Shown here in pieces: positions 1-15,000 of a stretch of DNA of 64,000 bases. The stretch covers positions 317,812,001 to 317,876,000 of the forward strand of contig OZ024742.1 in the NCBI GenBank assembly GCA_964016885.1. The letters are read 5' to 3'. The position numbers and the translations under genes were made by a program. The stretch comes from Eledone cirrhosa (Eukaryota). How positions within the stretch are numbered: the first letter of the stretch is position 1; each line of letters begins with the position of its first letter. The notes beneath the pieces are model-generated. The model did not search any database. It worked only from the letters and a program-made list of their open reading frames with translations, and had not been told where the DNA came from.

Positions 1-933
<933 letters not shown>

Positions 934-1078
934 TTTGAGTTTATGTTGGTTGTATACCAACACCTCAGTATGCAGGCTGGAGCACTCGACGAAGTGCGCA
1001 GGTTGGTTTGGTTACTCCGGAGTAGTGTAAAATAAAGTTAAATAAAAGTCAAATGATTAAAATTTAGCTTCGTTTATT

Positions 1079-1133
1079 ACTGCTATATATATTTCAGTGA
1101 CAGCCATCTTTGGCTGTGACCTCTTCAGGCAGT
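1079..1133 (-). ncRNA. Type I hammerhead ribozyme (inverted copy)
   Basis: Reverse complement of 2457-2511. Confidence 0.85.
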
Positions 1134-2456
1134 TTGAATTAGTATGGTATAGACAAGTACATATGTTGTTTAGGTGTATGATATTGTCAATACTCTGATA
1201 TGCCCAGTTCCTTGTTGGGTTGTTAATTCACTGGGGAACTGGAGTCATATGAATTCAAACAAACGAATTTTAGTGTCACAGGTCCCCTTCTCCTCTCATT
1301 GGTCAGTTATTAGTGTTGTCATTGTTGGAGTTAGCTTAAAAATTGATAAAATGGTAGAAGGGACAAGGTGTTGAAGGAACAAAATATCAAAAAATGTGTC
1401 AAACTTCCCATTGTTCAGTTCTGAGAGCATTCCTCAGTCAGACACAGCCATAATAATCTGGCCAACATCTATAACACAAACACTTTTAATTTACCAGATT
1501 TCTGACATTAAAGTTCCAATCTTAAATCTTGATTTCTCTATATTAATTTGTTATTTGTTTTCTGCCCTCTTCACTGTATAACCTTATATTTATATTTATT
1601 TTAAGTTGAGATAGATTATAACACAAACACATTGAATATCTCATCTTAACATCTTGTATCATACCAATCTATCCAACATATTCTGACCTTGAGATTGGTT
1701 ATAGCACACACACACACACACTTTATCCTACATTATTTCTCACTTCTCCATATACATTATCATTACTTTTTCACCAATCTCTCATTTACTCTTTATTCTT
1801 TATTCTCTATTTATTTATTTATTTTCAAATTACACAAATTATATTAATTATTTTATTTTATTATATTATTTATTTATCTTCTGTTTTCTTCATTTATTGC
1901 CTTATATTTCTTCATATACATGAAATAACCCCACCCACCCCCCACCCCGCCACCACCACTACGATGGTGGCGGGTGGGATGAAGAGAAAACACAAACTGA
2001 ATACTTCTAAATTGTTAGCAGCAGCAAGATATAAGCTGACCACTACAACAACAACAGTACCAAAATAATGGTGGAGGTCAAATGTACTGAACAATAGCAG
2101 GCATAAACACTACAGGGAGCCTCACCCCAGAAAGAATTCTATAGACTTCTGACTGATGAATGCTCTCAGAACTGAACAATGGGAAGTTTGACACATTTTT
2201 TGATATTTTGTTCCTTCAACACCTTGTCCCTTCTACCATTTTATCAATTTTTAAGCTAACTCCAACAATGACAACACTAATAACTGACCAATGAGAGGAG
2301 AAGGGGACCTGTGACACTAAAATTCGTTTGTTTGAATTCATATGACTCCAGTTCCCAGGTGAATTAACAACCCAACAAGGAACTGGGCATATCAGAGTAT
2401 TGACAATATCATACACCTAAACAACATATGTACTTGTCTATACCATACTAATTCAA

Positions 2457-2511
2457 ACTGCCTGAAGAGGTCACAGCCAAAGATGGCTGTCACTGAAATA
2501 TATATAGCAGT
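2457..2511 (+). ncRNA. Type I hammerhead ribozyme
   Basis: ACTGC-CTGAAGA-ggtcACAGCCA aaga TGGCTGTcact-GAAA-TATATA-TA-GCAGT: stem I ACTGC/GCAGT, palindromic stem III. Confidence 0.87.
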
Positions 2512-2562
2512 AATAAACGAAGCTAAATTTTAATCATTTGACTTTTATTTAACTTTATTTTA

Positions 2563-2933
<371 letters not shown>

Positions 2934-3101
2934 GTGTGTATGTGCGCGTTTAGTGGGTGTATAGGAAACTAGTATGTGTACATACTCATTATATGTCCGT
3001 ATGTTTTATTTATATATTGATAATCATTACATATGAGTTTCTTTTTTTCCTTGTACAACTTTGCTATATATACATACATGAATACATATATATATATATA
3101 C

Positions 3102-3198
<97 letters not shown>

Positions 3199-3645
3199 GA
3201 TAGAGAGAGAGTATTTATTACGTATATACTGGCTCGTCAAGTATGAATTTGTAGAAATTTCTTTTTTCTCTACAAATTTCTACAAATTTCATACTTGATG
3301 CCCCAATACATGTATATTTATCCAATCCATCTACGTGTATGTATGTATACGTATATTTCTCTATTTACACATACATACCAAAATGGCGAGATAGTAGGAC
3401 TGAGACACATATCAACACCCACAACTACACAATGCTCAATGTCTGTTAATTAGACCTGAAGAAGAATTGGTTCGTTATTCACACAATAAATTAGAAACAC
3501 GCCTTTTTCCGCCCGTTTATATCTGTCACTTTATTTTCAGCAATTTTATGACGGACGGACTGGGGCAGCCTGGTTTCTCAATCCTACCACAAATTGTTAT
3601 ATAGCCATATCATTTCTTTAATTGGATCTCACATCTTTCATATAT

Positions 3646-3731
<86 letters not shown>

Positions 3732-3736
<5 letters not shown>

Positions 3737-4099
3737 TGTATGTATAATATATTTGGCAATATACCATATGTTTAATTAAAAACAATTAGAAGACCATACG
3801 CTATCAGTTTTAAAGTAGGACTATGTCACTTACTTCCTTTCGATGAAAGAAGGGAGAGAAGCTGACAGTCTGTTTCACGCTGGTTGGTGTTCATCAGAGC
3901 CACGCTCTCCCCTGCTTCCGCCGAAAATTATAGAAACTGGATTTTTATAGACTTCCAGTAATAATCAGGAGCTGATTATACAGAGCGATTGACGGTCCAC
4001 CAAAACATAGGTATTAGGATTGGTGTTCTAAAATAGCGATGTATACATGAATGTATGGATAGTATATTTGGCAATATACCGTATGTTTAATTAAAAACA
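3732..4099 (-). mobile_element. Retrozyme-like 315-bp monomer with ~53-bp terminal redundancy in (TA)n
   Basis: ATGAATGTATG...TTAATTAAAAACA occurs at 3732 and at 4047; internal HHR; (TA)n on both sides. Confidence 0.75.
3860..3901 (-). ncRNA. Type I hammerhead ribozyme
   Basis: Minus strand GGCT-CTGATGA-acaccaaccagcgt-GAAA-CAGACTG-TC-AGCT; stem I extends via GGGAGAG/CTCTCCC; stem II weak. Confidence 0.72.
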
Positions 4100-4169
4100 T
4101 ATATATATATACATATGTGTGTGCGTGTGTTTATGCGTGTGTGAGAGAGAAAGGAGTGAGTATGTGGAC

Positions 4170-4340
4170 GCGCAGCCATGGTTGGGGAGGGGCTTAAGAA
4201 GTTTACTTATCAATTATGGGATTTCGGATTAAATCCCGCTGCGAGACAATCTTCACCAAGTTTCCTAACCATATTGTCGGGTTGACCCATGCTTTGTAGG
4301 TGAAATTGAGTTCACAGAAACTATTTGGAAACCTATCAGA
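4170..4340 (+). mobile_element. Degenerate tRNA-derived SINE
   Basis: Decayed A/B-box-like head (TGGTTGGGGAGGGG...GGATTAAATCCC) resembling octopus SINE consensus as recalled. Confidence 0.5.
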
Positions 4341-4371
4341 TTGATTTTACTAGTAATTATTTCACGCTGAC

Positions 4372-7300
4372 TCTGCTAAAGAGCATATGTGTCTGTATAA
4401 TGGTAGAATACTGACTGCTAAAGAGTATAGATACCTGTATAACTGTGGAATACTGACTGCTAAAGAGTATCGGTGTCTGTATAACTGTGGAATACTGACT
4501 GCTAAAGAGCATAGGTACCTGTATAACTGTGGAATACTGACTGCTAAAGAGTATAGGTACCTGTATAACTGTGGAATACTGACTGCTAAAGAGTATAGGT
4601 GTCTGTATTAATGTGGAATACTGAGTGCTAAAGAGTATAGGTGTCTGTATAACTGTGGAATACTGACTGCTAAAGAGTATAGGTGCCTGTATAACTGTGG
4701 AATACTGACTTCTAAAGAGCATAGGTACCTGTATAACTGTGGAATACTGACTGCTAAAGAGCATAGGTACCTGTATAACTGTCGAATACTGACTGCTAAA
4801 GAGTATAGGTGCCTGTATAACTGTGGAATACTGACTACTAAAGAGTATAGGTGTCTGTGTAACTGTGGAATACTGACTGCTAAAGAGTATAGGTGTCTGT
4901 ATAACTGTGGAATACTGACTGCTAAAGAGTATAGGTACCTGTATAACTGTGGAATACTGACTGCTAAAGAGTATAGGTACCTGTATAACTGTGGAATACT
5001 GACTGCCAAAGAGCATGGGTACCTGTATAACTGTGGAATACTGACTGCTAAAGAGTATAGGTACCTGTATAACTGTGGAATACTGACTTCTAAAGAGTGT
5101 AGGTACCTGTATAACTGTGGAATACTGACTGCTAAAGAGTATAGGTAGCTGTATAACTGTGGAATACTGACTGCTAAAGAGTATAGGTGCCTGTATAACT
5201 GTGGAATACTGACTGCTAAAGAGCATAGGTACCTGTATAACTGTGGAATACTGACTGCTAAAGAGCATAGGTACCTGTATAACTGTGGAATACTGACTTC
5301 TAAAGAGTATAGGTGCCTGTATAACTGTGGAATACTGACTGCTAAAGAGCATAGGTACCTGTATAACTGTGGAATACTGACTTCTAAAGAGTATAGGTGC
5401 CTGTATAACTGTGGAATACTGACTGCTAAAGAGCATAGGTACCTGTATAACTGTGGAATACTGACTGCTAAAGAGTATAAGTGTCTGTGTAACTGTGGAA
5501 TACTGACTGCTAAAGAGTATAGGTACCTGTATAACTGTGGAATACTGACTGCTAAAGAGCATAGGTGCCTGTATAACTGTGGAATACTGACTGCTAAAGA
5601 GTATAGGTACCTGTATAACTGTGGAATACTGACTGCTAAAGAGTATAGGTACCTGTATAACTGTGGAATACTGACTGCTAAAGAGTATAGGTGCCTGTAT
5701 AACTGTGGAATACTGACTGCTAAAGAGCATAGGTACCTGTATAACTGTGGAATACTGACTGCTAAAGAGTATAGGTACCTGTATAACTGTGGAATACTGA
5801 CTGCTAAAGAGTATAGGTACCTGTATAACTGTGGAATACTGACTGCTAAAGAGTATAGTTGCCTGTATAACTGTGGAATACTGACTGCTAAAGAGCATAG
5901 GTACCTGTATAACTGTGGAATACTGACTGCTAAAGAGCATTGGTGCCTGTATAACTGTGGAATACTGACTGCTAAAGAGTATAGGTGCCTGTATAACTGT
6001 GAAATACTGACTGCTAAAGAGTATAAGTGTCTGTATAACTGTGGAATACTGACTGCTAAAGAGTATAGATGTCTGTATAACTGTGGAATGCTAAAGAGTA
6101 TAGGTACCTGTATAACTGTGGCATACTGACTGCTAAAGAGTATAGGTACCTGTATAACTGTGGAATACTGACTGCTAAAGAGCATAGGTACCTGTATAAC
6201 TGTGGAATACTGACTTCTAAAGAGTATAGGTGCCTGTATAACTGTGGAATACTGACTGCTAAAGAGCATAGGTACCTGTATAACTGTGGAATACTGACTT
6301 CTAAAGAGTATAGGTGCCTGTATAACTGTGGAATACTGACTGCTAAAGAGCATAGGTACCTGTATAACTGTGGAATACTGACTTCTAAAGAGTATAGGTG
6401 CCTGTATAACTGTGGTATACTGACTGCTAAAGAGCATAGGTACCTGTATAACTGTGGAATACTGACTGCTAAAGAGTATAAGTGTCTGTGTAACTGTGGA
6501 ATACTGACTGCTAAAGAGTATAGGTACCTGTATAACTGTGGAATACTGACTGCTAAAGAGCATAGGTGCCTGTATAACTGTGGAATACTGACTGCTAAAG
6601 AGTATAGGTACCTGTATAACTGTGGAATACTGACTGCTAAAGAGTATAGGTACCTGTATAACTGTGGAATACTGACTGTTAAAGAGTATAGGTGCCTGTA
6701 TAACTGTGGAATACTGACTGCTAAAGAGCATAGGTACCTGTATAACTGTGGAATACTGACTGCTAAAGAGTATAGGTACCTGTATAACTGTGGAATACTG
6801 ACTGCTAAAGAGTATAGGTACCTGTATAACTGTGGAATACTGACTGCTAAAGAGTATAGTTGCCTGTATAACTGTGGAATACTGACTGCTAAAGAGCATA
6901 GGTACCTGTATAACTGTGGAATACTGACTGCTAAAGAGCATTGGTGCCTGTATAACTGTGGAATACTGACTGCTAAAGAGTATAGGTGCCTGTATAACTG
7001 TGAAATACTGACTGCTAAAGAGTATAAGTGTCTGTATAACTGTGGAATACTGACTGCTAAAGAGTATAGATGTCTGTATAACTGTGGAATGCTAAAGAGT
7101 ATAGGTACCTGTATAACTGTGGAATACTGACTGCTAAAGAGTATAGGTGTCTGTATAATGGTAGAATACTGACTGCTAAAGAGTATAGGTGTCTGTGTAA
7201 ATGTGGAATACTGACTGCTAAAGAGTATAGGTACCTGTATAACTGTGAAATACTGACTGCTAAAGAGTATAGGTACCTGTATAACTGTGGAATACTGATT

Positions 7301-7766
7301 GCTAAAGAGTATAGGTGTCTGTATAACTGTGGAATACTAACTGCTAAAGAGTATAGGTACCTGTATAACTGTGGAATACTGACTACTAAAGAGTATAGGT
7401 GTCTGTGTAACTGTGGAATACTGACTGCTAAAGAGTATAGGTGTCTGTATAACTGTGGAATACTGACTGCTAAAGAGTATAGGTGTCTGTATAACTGTGG
7501 AATACTGACTGCTAAAGAGTATAGGTACCTGTATAACTGTGGAATACTGACTGCTAAAGAGCATAGGTACCTGTATAACTGTGGAATACTGACTGCTAAA
7601 GAGTATAGGTACCTGTATAACTGTGGAATACTAACTGCTAAAGAGTATAGGTGTCTGTGTAACTGTGGAATACTGACTGCTAAAGAGTATAGGTGTCTGT
7701 ATAACTGTGGAATACTGACTGCTAAAGAGTATAGGTGTCTGTATAACTGTGGAATACTGACTGCTA
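4372..7766. repeat. 42-bp minisatellite, ~80 copies, with 1001-bp higher-order duplication
   Basis: Unit GTATAACTGTGGAATACTGACTGCTAAAGAGTATAGGTACCT; 14-aa periodicity in the ORF track; diagnostic variants recur 1001 bp apart. Confidence 0.97.
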
Positions 7767-8289
7767 TGTCCTTATGAAATACAAATGCATCTTTTATTGA
7801 TCAGGGTAATGAATATTTTTACCAGTTACATAAAAACAGTATTTTTACTAATTTATATAATGGTTTCGTATTCTTGTCTATTCATATGCCAAGCATCCAT
7901 CTCAGAATAAGATATTGGTTTTCTTTGGGATATTTGCAAGTATATTTCATTTACAGCTTACATTTTACGGCTAAGGTTTCACGTTATATTTAGAAAATTA
8001 ACTAACTAACATTACAGTAAATCCCATCTTGCAAAATATATTTAGTTCCAGTGCTTTCAATATAATAAATGTATTTCACAGTTTAACACTCCTTAGTTTA
8101 TATTGACATGAGTTCACTGGAGTTTCACATATTATATGTGCTGTGTTGATTTTTCTCAGCTTTCCTTTAACAGCTTATTTTTGCCAACTAGTTCTTATCT
8201 TATCTAACTGGAGATTTCTCTCCTTCTCTCTTTCTCTCTTTCTTTCTCTCTTCCTCTCTCTCACTATATATCTATCTATCTATTTCGGG

Positions 8290-8415
8290 TGGAATACTTT
8301 GTGGTATTCGTTTCGGCTCTCTGCTCTCTGAGTTCAATCCCCGCCGAGGTCAACTTTGCCTTTCATCCATTCGAAGCCGATAAAAAAGTACCAATCAAGT
8401 ACTGTGAGGTCGATT
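8290..8415 (+). mobile_element. SINE with MetaSINE-like central domain
   Basis: GAGTTCAATCCCCGCCGAGGTCAACTTTGCCTTTCATCC...GATAAAAAAGTACCA; many copies in the window. Confidence 0.75.
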
Positions 8416-9829
8416 CTTCCTCTCTATCTCTTTCTTCCTTCTCTTCTCTTACTCTATATCCTTCTATGGAAGAAATCTGCTGTATTCAGACTGAGAGAAG
8501 AGATGGGCTTTGCCAGGTTTTAAAACGCTCCATGTCTATACGGCGCCCCTATGACTTGCTGATGAGTTACCAGACCATGCATGCACGCAATATCACCATC
8601 ATTATCGTTTATTTATTTATTTATCATCATCATAATCATTATCATCATTATCATCATCATCCTCATCGTTATGTTTTTAATAGTTTAGAATAATTTCGAC
8701 TGCACCACCAGGTACACCTCCGAGTATCTGAGATGCATGCAGTTTTAATTCCACTTTTAAGTGGAGCCAACTTATACAGCTTCATATACAAATGAGGCTA
8801 ATCATCTCACCAACACAGGTGAAAATACTATATATTCTCACCTGTTTACGAGTACCAGCTGAAGGCAGCAGGGAAGCACTGTCCCAATGAGAACCATTAA
8901 GTTCGAAATACGTATAGGCACTTATCCCTCGCTGATTCTGGTGGAATCCGCTAGGTGGCGTTGACCGTCAGCCTTTCAATATTCATAGCTTGGCTTTCAA
9001 ACTTTTTATTTATTAAAGATACCGTATATCTAAATATACGAAATCCACATGCATATATGTATACAGCTATGTTAAAGCTAAATTTTGATTCTAATATATC
9101 AAAATGTCATTATCTTCTAATGTTTCTGTTCAGAGTTACAGTACACGTTCCAAATGATCCCCATTTGAATCCATGCATTTTTGAAGTGTATTGTAAAGTT
9201 TAGCACAACGTCGTTACAAATAGAGCTAGGGTTGGTTTTGATCTTCCCTTGTGTTTACTTTTAGTTCAGTGATAGTCTTAGGTTTGTTGACATACATCTT
9301 ATCCCCAAAGAAAGAAATAGGGGTGGGGTCTTAAATCAAGCCTGTGCATGGCTCACTCAAAATCAGTCTTCAAACCGATGACACGAATTTCTGAAGTTAG
9401 TTATCAGTCTGAATATACAGTGACAACAAACATGTACTAAGCCATGTTTCACACAGTCTGAAATTAACAGTGAACACTGTTGAGAGCCCTATTGTACTTA
9501 GAGTGCTTATATTTTATACCATACCTATTATTTCAGCTATTATTGATAATTTTTTTTTACTTACTTTCATGCCCACTATCCTGTTTATTTCATAGAGTTC
9601 AAGTTGTTGTTTAACATTATATAAACCCTCTGATTGATCAAACCTAAAATCAAAGGCGTTTCATCTATGACCATCCCAATCCTTTTTTTTTTTTTTGTCT
9701 ATAGAATGTGACTTGAGGAAGATTTGCTTGCTACTTCTAGCAGAAAAAGCGAACTGGAAGAAATGTTTCTTAATTTATTTCTCACTGTAGGCGCTGTTAT
9801 GTGCTTTGATTTTCTTACAGAGGCGGCGG

Positions 9830-9970
9830 CGGTGGCGAATTGGAGGAGTCGTTAGAGCTTTGAAAACATTCTTCAGTATTTATTCAAACCTTCTGTGCTC
9901 ACAGTTCAAATACTGCCGAGGTCAACTTTGCTTTTCATCTTCAACTCGGGGTTAATAAAGTATTAGTCCA
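9830..9970 (+). mobile_element. Degenerate SINE (same family)
   Basis: GTTCAAATACTGCCGAGGTCAACTTTGCTTTTCATC. Confidence 0.65.
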
Positions 9971-10727
9971 GGAGCGATGGATTGGCGAAATAGTTAAAGT
10001 GTGGGAGGAGAGGCATTGCAGTATCTCTTCTTCCGAATCTTTTCGTTCCACTTTCAGACACCAGAAAAGCGGTGACACTTCTGCCAGGAGTTGCAGCCGG
10101 CAGATAATATCAGCAATGGAAAAATCAATGGAAAGATCAAGGGAAACATGGATTTCTTAATCGGATCTGATGACCGGTTCCTTTTTGTAATATCAATTTC
10201 CGAATTCCTTGCTTCATTGTTGCAGTTAGTGAAGTTTTTTTTGTTGTTGATGGTGGTGGTGGTGGTGATGGTGGTGGAAGATGGTGGTGAAAGATGGTGT
10301 TATCCCCACGTTTGTTTTTCACAGGAAGCGCTGATGTATGCTTTGATCTTTCAAGATATATCGGAACATTATATGTAATTTTTACTTCCCTCTAATATAT
10401 TACCAAAAACGAAACCCGATAAAATGTCATCGATATTTTATATATTTACGCATATTTTAACCACATCTATTGATCACACTGTTTATTTATTCATGATTCC
10501 AGTCAATATTATTTTAAAACTTAATTTAGTGTCAAATATTAATAAAATAAAATGAAGTGTCAATTATTTATAACGCATAATAGTTTTTGAACAATTTATT
10601 AAACAAATTCTAAACCAATATGTAATTAACTTTTAGATAGCATCTTTCGGCATTTTCATTAGAATTCTTTATCTTGAATAAACATCTGAATAAAGTTTGT
10701 AAACATACACATATATAATATGTACAC

Positions 10728-10762
<35 letters not shown>

Positions 10763-10765
<3 letters not shown>

Positions 10766-11342
10766 TATGAAGAGAGAAGAAACATTTAGATATAATTAGT
10801 AATAAAATGTATCATACCTAAACTGTTCCTAAATTCCTCGACTACGTAGTTTCGTGGCATAAACAAAAACAATATATCAAAGATATAGAGTCCCTGCGAG
10901 GTCTGCCGACTTATCAAGAGGATACCTCATTTTACTAGTCTCAAGAACGCGTCTACACGACGTGAGAAAGAATCCCAAAAGGCGGAGGGGGAGATAGTCA
11001 CGCGATATAACGGTCGAGAAACAGAGCTAAGCCTCTTATAACCACGAAGAAAATACCACGGAGGCGGAGGGGGTATTCATATCGAGGCCGCAGAAGAGGT
11101 AGTGAAGAAGGCGAGAAGTCTGAGTAATGGAAGCTTTCCAGTTGTCCCCACACTTCAAAGATTGCTCGACCAGAGGGAGTTATTAATATATTTAGAAACA
11201 CACAGATACATGCGGACACATACATATATACTGTCCCAGTCATTCATTGAGCAACATCGGTGAAGTTGGCACCCTTAACTCACAGTTGGGTGCGGATGCA
11301 TTCATGTATATATGTATGTGTCCGCATGTATCTGTGTGTTTC

Positions 11343-11348
<6 letters not shown>
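10763..11348 (-). mobile_element. Non-coding HHR element (~560 bp) with inverted 5' segment, in (TA)n
   Basis: Homologous to 60887-61447; segment 11231-11348 is the reverse complement of part of that copy (~61316-61435). Confidence 0.85.
10835..10922 (-). ncRNA. Type I hammerhead ribozyme, U3-A8 variant core
   Basis: Minus strand TCCTC-TTGATAA-gtcGGCA...TGCCac-GAAA-CTACGTAG-TC-GAGGA. Confidence 0.8.
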
Positions 11349-11380
<32 letters not shown>

Positions 11381-11405
11381 ATTTTCGGATATTGTATAAT
11401 ATTTA

Positions 11406-11451
<46 letters not shown>

Positions 11452-12496
11452 CAGAGAGAGAGTAAGAGAGAGAGAGTATTATAAAGTATTAGTATTCATT
11501 AAACAATGCAAGTAATCAAGCCGTTGGGGTTACCTTATGGGTCGCTCTTTCAGGCTTCTATCATAGCTTGTTCTTATTCTGTCAAGGTGGATAATTCTTC
11601 TATATTAGTAGGGAATCATCAACACTTGACAATTTTTTTATCTCGGATAATCGTGAAAAATCAAAGAATAACGTTTATGTAGAATTAGGTGAAATGTATA
11701 TGTCTAAGTGAGTGAGAGAAACCTAAAGGCAGTTTTAGAAAAGGAAACGCGTGCTGTAATATAAAATATAAAAACTTAGATGGATGAAAGAAAGAAGGGT
11801 GAAAGAAGAAAAGAGCAAGGATAAAAGATTCTGCATTGAGTTAAGAATAGGTACATTACATAACAGTGGTGTTGGGAAGACAAGATGGTTACTCAGAGAA
11901 AAATATAGAAGGATGGGATAACAATGTAGATTGTAAGAGCAAAGAAGCGAGGCAGGAACATTCTAAAGTGAAGCAATTACAGATGATATGATTGGGTTTA
12001 TGAGGGTCTTTATCCTGGTGAATAGGATATGTTGCAGGTAAATCATAGGTACTTTTCGAATTGCTAACATTTCCAAGATGGCTTTGATCTAGTGCTTGTA
12101 GTTCCCAAATGGCTTTGATGTAATGTTTGTAGTTCCAATAATTTGAAACAACTAGTATTGTTTCTTTAACCGGAAATCATGGTAGGGAGACAATTATATG
12201 AGTTAAACTAACTTATTTTAGTTGATCTGACTTATACTCCTCTAAATTGAGATTTTGGAATAATAATTCTAATGTTAAATTACTTCTCTGAGTGATATTT
12301 TATCTGAATATTTTTATCCATTCATTGAGATGTCTAAGTATTAGAGACAAATATATTTTTTTAATTAATATACATATATGTGTTTGTGTGGGGGAGGGGC
12401 GTGTGAATGTGTGTGTGTATGTGTGTGGGGGGGGGTGTAAAAGGTAAACAGAAATAACAAAACAAACGACACATTACATTGAAGAAATATATATAA

Positions 12497-12830
12497 CTCT
12501 TTTATTCTTTTATTCTTTTATTCTTTTACCTGTCCAAGCCATCCGGCTGAGGCCATGCTGGGGCACCACCCTTGTTGCCACATGGTCTACCTCCAGCCTG
12601 TATTGGCTGGCCATTGGTGTAAAAGGAAGTGCGTTGCTGATGTCCTTAGATTACCTTCGTTCTGTGCTGTGGGCTCATCTGGGAGACTGGATAGCAGAGT
12701 GTCAACATGTATCTTTAAAACATCCATATCCATACAATGCAGATCTCTCAAATTTCTTGGCAGCTTGTTAAAGAGTTGAGGGCCTTTGAACCCCAGGCTA
12801 TTACAATATCTGCTCCTTATTCTAGATGTG
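12497..12830 (-). mobile_element. 3' fragment of a CR1/L2-group LINE with (AAAGAAT)n tail
   Basis: Minus-strand translation SLGFKGPQLFNKLPRNLRDL...DVFK is typical of the C-terminus of CR1-group ORF2; tandem tail. Confidence 0.6.
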
Positions 12831-13102
12831 ATTTATTTATATATAAAGCTTAGCAATGTGTCCTTTTTTATTTTTTCAATCGAAGTATAAGGTATTATTC
12901 TGAACGAACGAAGAAAAAACATTTAAACATGAATTGAAGGAAGAAGCGAGTGCTGATCGTTGTTAAACAAAACTCCAAACTCGAAAAACTCTTGTACTCG
13001 TATACATTGTGTTTTTTATAACATATCTTCAATACTGCTTCACACACAGACATATATATATATGTCTGTGTGTGAAGCAGTATTGTACACATATGCACAT
13101 AA

Positions 13103-13377
<275 letters not shown>

Positions 13378-14354
13378 TATATATGTGTGCGTGTGTGTGT
13401 GTGTGTGTGTATCATTTGTCTCTCGGCCCTCGTCCTTCACAACACACATACTTCACTCGCTACTTCTCTCATTCACTGCGACTCTTATAATCTCATTGTT
13501 GGTTTCTTTGTTAGTTCTGTCACTCTTTAACAATGTTAGTAGGATATCACCCGTATCTATAAAAGAATCTCTGAATCTATGTTACCGATTTATCAATTTT
13601 TCATTGAATCAAGTTATTGGAATTTCACTCTTGGTCCCAGTCTCTTGCCCTGATGTCTATTTTTACCATTGGACGTTAAGGAATCGATTCTTTTGTTATT
13701 TCTTAAATCATTTAAAACGATCATACGTCGATGGTTTGGATGAAAGAATGCAGAGATTGACGTGGGAAAGAACAGCTAGACAGTGTATGAGAAAGAAAAT
13801 CCCAGAGAATTTGGACTTCTTTAATATACAACAGGAAATTGCAAGTTAATCAGACGAAGAAATGTTCAATCACAGACAAACTGCTCCACTTCGGACTGCG
13901 GAAAGAAGACAACGATTATCACAAAACGAAGGCAGTATTTTATTATAGTTTGTTTGATGTTTGCATAATTTATTCCTTTCACAAATAAACCCCGTTATTA
14001 TTAACAAATACTATCTTGTTGGCGCAGGTTTCAAAATTCATTTCGCAATCATGAAATACCATTTCACCATAGCCTTAAGTCGATTCAAGCCTTATGAGTA
14101 AAACTGGATAGATAAATAGAAGCTATGTGGAAGCCCATCGAATGGGTTGTACATGTAATTCAAAGGCTCAAACTTGCCACGCTGATTTGGCTTTGGAAAT
14201 ACATTAAAGGTGCACGTCTCTGTTGGAAGCTCAACAACTTGTTAATTCATGAGTTGCATGTCAAAACCCATGGATGGTCCATTGTAATATAGTTTGTTTG
14301 CATAAATTATTCCTTATGCAAAGAAATCACGTTAGTATTGACTAATACAATGCT

Positions 14355-15000
14355 AGTAACTGTTTCTACATTTGGCACAAGGCCAGAATCTTTTTATATA
14401 AAAGGAAAATCAATTAAATCGAACCCCGTGCGTTACTGGTGCTTTATTTTATCGACGCTGTAAAGATGAAAGGCAAAGCTAACTTCGACGGAATTTAAAC
14501 TCAGACGTAAAGGGACATAACTATATGCCGCAAAGCATGTAGTCCATCACTCTACCGATACTAACTTTCCATCGCCCTTAATGATTTCTAATTTAGACAG
14601 AAGGCTTGGGAGTTGGAGGAAGGTAATGTCGATTTTATATCGACGCCAGTACTTAACTGGTACTTTATTTTAACCACCCTGGAAGGATGAAAGGCAAAAT
14701 TGAGTTCAACGGATTTTAAGCTCAGAATGTAAAGAGCAGGATCAACTGCCTCAAAGCGTTTTAACCAACACTCTAACGTTTCTGCCAATCTACTGCCTTC
14801 TAACACTAGTAATAATTGTTTCTATTTTTAGCACAAGGCCAGCAATAACCCCCAGTGCATTACTGGTGCTTTATTTTGTCGACCCCATAAGGATGAAAGG
14901 CAAAGTTAACCTCGGCGGGATTTAAACTCAGAGCGTAACGGGCTATAACTCTATGCTGGGAAGCATGGTGTCTGACGCTCTACCGATACTGCCAATCCAA
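14355..15000 (-). mobile_element. Cluster of three MetaSINE-like SINE copies
   Basis: Three repeats of ...ACTGGT(G/A)CTTTATTTT...GATGAAAGGCAAA...CTCAGA at ~14355-14577, ~14590-14800, ~14815-15000. Confidence 0.8.

Larger units (their letters stand above)
934..2562. mobile_element. Fold-back insertion of a non-coding PLE-type 3' end in (TA)n
   Basis: Inverted arms 1028-1442 and 2148-2562 are nearly identical (mirrored ORFs 1174-1374/2216-2416). Each arm has an HHR. The left arm has an extra tail at 934-1027. Confidence 0.85.

Noticed and set aside
3450-3505. CTGAAGA...GAAACACG hammerhead-like core
   Set aside because: No convincing stem I or NUH site; at best a decayed remnant
4357-6941. 527-aa and 777-aa repetitive ORFs; also a CRISPR-like appearance
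   Set aside because: The 42-bp unit is a multiple of 3 and stop-free by chance; the frame breaks at 7-bp deletions; no unique spacers or cas genes
8887-9203. Possible two-exon host fragment (MRTIKFEIRIG...|VTVHVPNDPHLNPCIFEVYCKV)
   Set aside because: Weak donor site, upstream in-frame stop and no recognisable domain; RNA-seq would be needed
10091-10378. Short ORFs with hydrophobic or Pro/His runs
   Set aside because: Overlap a dispersed repeat also seen near 36845, 62030 and 62757, plus a (GGT)n run
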